Source: Eledone cirrhosa (taxonomy: Eukaryota). Taken from it: DNA of 64,000 nt. The notes below the pieces were generated by a model. It was not told the DNA's origin. It saw only the letters and a program-made list of their open reading frames with translations, and did not search any database. Every line of letters begins with the position of its first letter. Positions within the stretch are counted from its first letter, which is position 1. The stretch covers positions 196,354,001 to 196,418,000 of the forward strand of contig OZ024742.1 of assembly GCA_964016885.1 (NCBI GenBank), written 5' to 3'. A program made the translations under genes and the position numbers. Of the stretch, positions 60,066 to 64,000 are shown piece by piece.

Positions 60066-60562
60066 TTAAAGTATAACAATGTCATCATTTCATCATTTTC
60101 CCTGCTAGTAAGAGTTGAACAAGTTATCATGAACTGAATACATGGTTAGGATTTTTTGAGAAAGCCTGTACAATGCATGTTAGAAATAGAGGAGTGAAAT
60201 CTGAAGTAAAGGAAGAAAAGACAAGCAAACAACAGTTTACACTTTTTATCTTATATTTCATATTTTAGATTTGTTGAAAGGGCTAGAAATAATGAACAAC
60301 ACTACTGTGTAGAAATAGCCATTCAGCTATCTATCTATAAAGACACACACACACCAGTTGGCCAACACCAATAGATATATACAAATACATTAAGCAACAG
60401 ATATTTTACTAAAACCCTAAAAAAATGTTGAGTATATTGGAAATTAATTGAAACAATGGATGAGCTAAAAGAAAAACTGGACATAAGAGGCATTGTGAAT
60501 AGTGTGCAAGAGATACAACTGCACTGGTTTGGGCATGTGATAAATATGGATGTGATAAATAT

Positions 60563-63513
60563 GGGGTTGCCAAACGAACTTAAGGATAGGTTTTATGAGT
60601 CCCTAATACACACTACTGCTCTAACAAACGACAATGACTTCCTAATCATCGCAGGAGATTTTAACAGACACATAGGTAAACACTGTGACGGCTTCAATAG
60701 AGTCCATGGAGGCCACGGGGTTGGTACAAGAAATGAAGAAGGATTCAGACTTCTAGAATTCTGCGACGTCAATGACATGTCGATATGTAACACAAACTTC
60801 AAAAAACCCAACAACCACCTGATCACCTATAGATCAGGGGAGCATTCTAGTCAGATAGATTTTATCCTCATCAGAGGACGTGACAGATGGACGGTTGTAA
60901 ACACAAAAGCCTACCCTAGTGAGGAATGTACCTCCCAACATAGCTTAGTTGTCAGCGACCTCACGGTCAGAACTAGATGAACCTGGAAACAGAGGTCAAC
61001 CTGGAGAAGAAAGATCTGGAAGCTGAAAGACCCCTCAGCCAGTAACAGATTTAAAGATATTTTACTCAACGCCTACAACAGTAAAGAAGAACAGATAGAG
61101 ACATTCAATGTAGAAGAGCACTGGGAGTTCCTAAAAAATAACTTACTAGAGGCGACGGATGAGGTCTGTGGCTGGAGTAAGACCACAAGCAGGAGGAGAG
61201 TGACTTGGTGGTGGAACAATAAGGTAGATGAGGCAGATAAGGCCATGAGACAGGCATGGAAAGAATGGAAGAACGGGGGGAGCAGGGTACATTACATAGA
61301 GACCAAGAGGGAAGCTAGGCGACAAGTATACTAAGCTAGGAGGGAAGCAGAGGATAGAAAATTCAAGCAGCTTTTGCAATGTGAGGACCAGAAATAGGTG
61401 TTCAAGATTGCGAGGCAGTGTGTCAGAGAGAATTGTGATGTCATTGGAGAGAAGTGTATCCGGAATGATAAAGGTGAGCTTGCCCTCACAAGTGCTGAGA
61501 AGAAAGATGCATGGAAGAGCCATTATGATAGATTACTAAATGAGGAGAATGCATGGGAAGAAGAGACCCTACCCCAAGTAAACCCTATAGAGGGGCCAGC
61601 AGTACAAGTCAGCAGCAGAGTAGTAAGTAAGACAATCAAAGATATAAAGATGGGGAAAGCAACTGGTCCATCGGGTATAGCTGCCGATATACTGAAAGCA
61701 TCTGGGTCTGTATGTCACAATATAACCACACGTATTGTTAACCAGGTAATACTAGAGGGTATAATACCAAAAGATTGGTGCAGTAGCATCATTGTCAACT
61801 GCTACAAAGGTAAAGGTGATGCACTAGATAGAGGAAACTATAGAGGTATAAAGCTGATGGACCAGGTCATGAAAGTAACAGAAAGAGTTATAGCACAGTT
61901 GATTAGGGGCCGGGTGAAACTAGAAGAGATGCTATTTGGGTTTGTACCAGGAAGAGGCAGCATTGATGCCCTCTTCCTTGTGAGGCAGTTACAGGAAAAG
62001 TACCTAGCTAAAAGTAAGCCACTCTACCTGGCATTCGTCGATCTCGAGAAAGCCTTTGACAGAGTTCCCCGTGCTATAATGTGGTGGGCTCTTAGAAAAC
62101 TAGGAGTAGATGAATGGCCTGTGAAAGCTGTACAAGCCATGTATGGGGAGCAGTTAGCAAAGTTAGAGTTAGCAATGACTATAGCGAGGAATTTAGCGGC
62201 TCTGTTCTTAGCCCTCTCCTGTTCATCATAGTCCTGCAGGCAATAACGGAGGAGTTTAAGACCGGATGCCCATGGGAACTCCTGTATGCTGATGACCTCG
62301 CACTTATAGCTGAATCTATGGTAGAACTAGAGAAGAAATTCCAAACTTGGAAGCAGGGACTAGAAAGAAAGGGTCTCAAAGTCAACATGACAAAGACTAA
62401 GGTCCTTGTAAGTAGATGAGAAAACAGAACCCAGATCCCCTCAGAGAAATGGCCTTGCTCAGTATGTAGAAAAGGTGTAGGTAGGAACTCCATTCTCTGC
62501 CCCAAATGCAAACAATGGGTACACAAGAGATGTAGCGGGATCTCAGGAAGCTTAATTAAGAATGTAGGCTTCACATGCAGCAGCTGTGCTGGAACAGCAA
62601 GCAGCAAATAGCCACAGGAAACAAGTACCACCAATCTCTAGGAGGGCTATGTAGAAACAGTAGACAGCTTCTGCTACCTAGGTGACCGAATTAGCAGCGG
62701 AGGTGGGTGTTCAGAAATTACAATAACTAGGGTAAGAACGGGATGGAAGAAGTTCAGGGAACTACTGCCACTGCTAGCTGCAAAAGGCTTCTCCCTCAAA
62801 ATGAAAGGCAGACTGTATGATTCGTGTATCCGAACAGCAATGTTACATGGTAGCGAGACCTGGGCACTGAAGGTGGAAGACTTACGTAGATTAGAAAGAA
62901 ACGAAGCCTGCATGTTCCGATGGATGTGTAATAGTAATATACACGAATGACAAAGCATAAATGAATTGAGAGAGAGACTGAGCATAAGGGGAATCAAATG
63001 CTGTGTGCAAGAGAGGCGGTTGCGTTGGTATGGACATGTGATGCGTATGAAGGATGACAGCTGCATAAAAAGGTGCAGAGCACTAGAAGCCAATGGAAAC
63101 CGCGAAGTGGGGAGACCTAAGAAGACCTGGGATGAGGTGATAAAAGCCGACCTTACCAAATTACACCTCTGGCGTCACGCAGTAATACAGAGTACCTGAC
63201 CTCCCATGGGTACAAGCTGAAGCATATAGACAATATGCCTCCACACCCTCCCACTGCAAGGTGGTCGTGGAGGTGCCCCGGCAAAAAAGCACCCAGCCCA
63301 CACTGTAAAGTGGACATGTAGCGCCACGAAAAAAAGCATCCAGCACTCACTGTAAATGAGGTTGTGTTAGGAAGGGCATCAAGCCAAAATCAGTTCCTGT
63401 ATGAGCAAGGCGTGGTCAGCCGACCAGACACTGCCCACAACAGTACAACTCGTCTAACCCATGCTAGCATGGAAGAACAGACGTAAAACGGTGATGATGA
63501 TGATGATGATGAT
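60563..63513 (+). mobile_element. 5'-truncated long RTE LINE (family C): APE C-terminal half, RT, PHD-like finger, 3' UTR
   Basis: AGDFNRHIG, SQIDFIL, QHSLVV; NYRGIKL, LAFVDLEKAFD, LLYADD; WPCSVC..WVHKRC; multiple stops; (GAT)n tail. Confidence 0.95.
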
Positions 63514-63739
63514 TGTTGGGTGAAAAGGAACAAAGAAGTTCCAGTGAAAAGAAGCTGAGAAGTGAAAATCTTGGGCAGAGGTGATGAGAGTTTATTTCAA
63601 ATCATTAAACCTCACAGAGATGCTGAAGGAACAAAAGTAGAGGCAGGCTGTGGAGAGGACCCATGCAGACATGGAAAAGTAGACATAAAATGATACTGAT
63701 GATGATGACTTAGGCAGTTAACTCATTAAAAATTTAATC

Positions 63740-64000
63740 ATTCAGCTGTCATCTCTCCTGCCACTTCTTCACCCAACAATCCCCATCTGTGCACATCACA
63801 TCTATACAAGCAATCTCCTCTCTTGCATATATTATATTGAATTCTTCTTATATCTAGTTTTTTTTTCTCTCAACTCATATGTGCTTCGTTGTTCATGCAC
63901 ATTAACATAACACATCCAATGGAGCATGCTCAATTCATTTCATTCTAGCCTTTGCATATCCTCCACGTTCAGTGTCCATGTCATATCAAATGATATTGTA
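63740..64000 (-). mobile_element. Degraded RTE 3' fragment
   Basis: WTLNVEDMQRLE*NE..MLHWMC..IGWVKKWQE-like. Confidence 0.7.

Overview
AT-rich, repeat-saturated animal DNA. The repeat families and huge (TA/CA)n tracts resemble a coleoid cephalopod (octopus-type) genome; this is an inference. No intact protein-coding gene is evident, and the very long Y/I/H/T/M/C/V ORFs are translations of microsatellites. Contents: (i) many RTE-clade LINE copies from at least 4 families, two near full length (24.3-27.5 kb minus, 60.6-63.5 kb plus), with APE, RT, a PHD-like finger and (GAT)n tails; (ii) restriction-like-endonuclease retroelement fragments (R4/Dong-like, CRE-like); (iii) a 600-bp non-autonomous RTE-derived element (4 copies) and a multi-C2H2-finger LINE end that looks like its partner; (iv) two non-autonomous Helitrons, TTAA-specific piggyBac-type MITEs and tRNA-derived SINEs; (v) a 28-bp minisatellite. 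The most notable signal is a set of long DNA palindromes (12.5, 14.2, 54.2, 55.2, 55.8 kb) whose arms carry type I hammerhead ribozyme motifs of the Penelope-like minimal type. One family shows compensatory pairing across copies, and another has a catalytic core split by a roughly 116-nt, G-U-supported stem II. A duplicated 68-nt exon-like segment (22.3 and 28.3 kb) is the only hint of a host gene.
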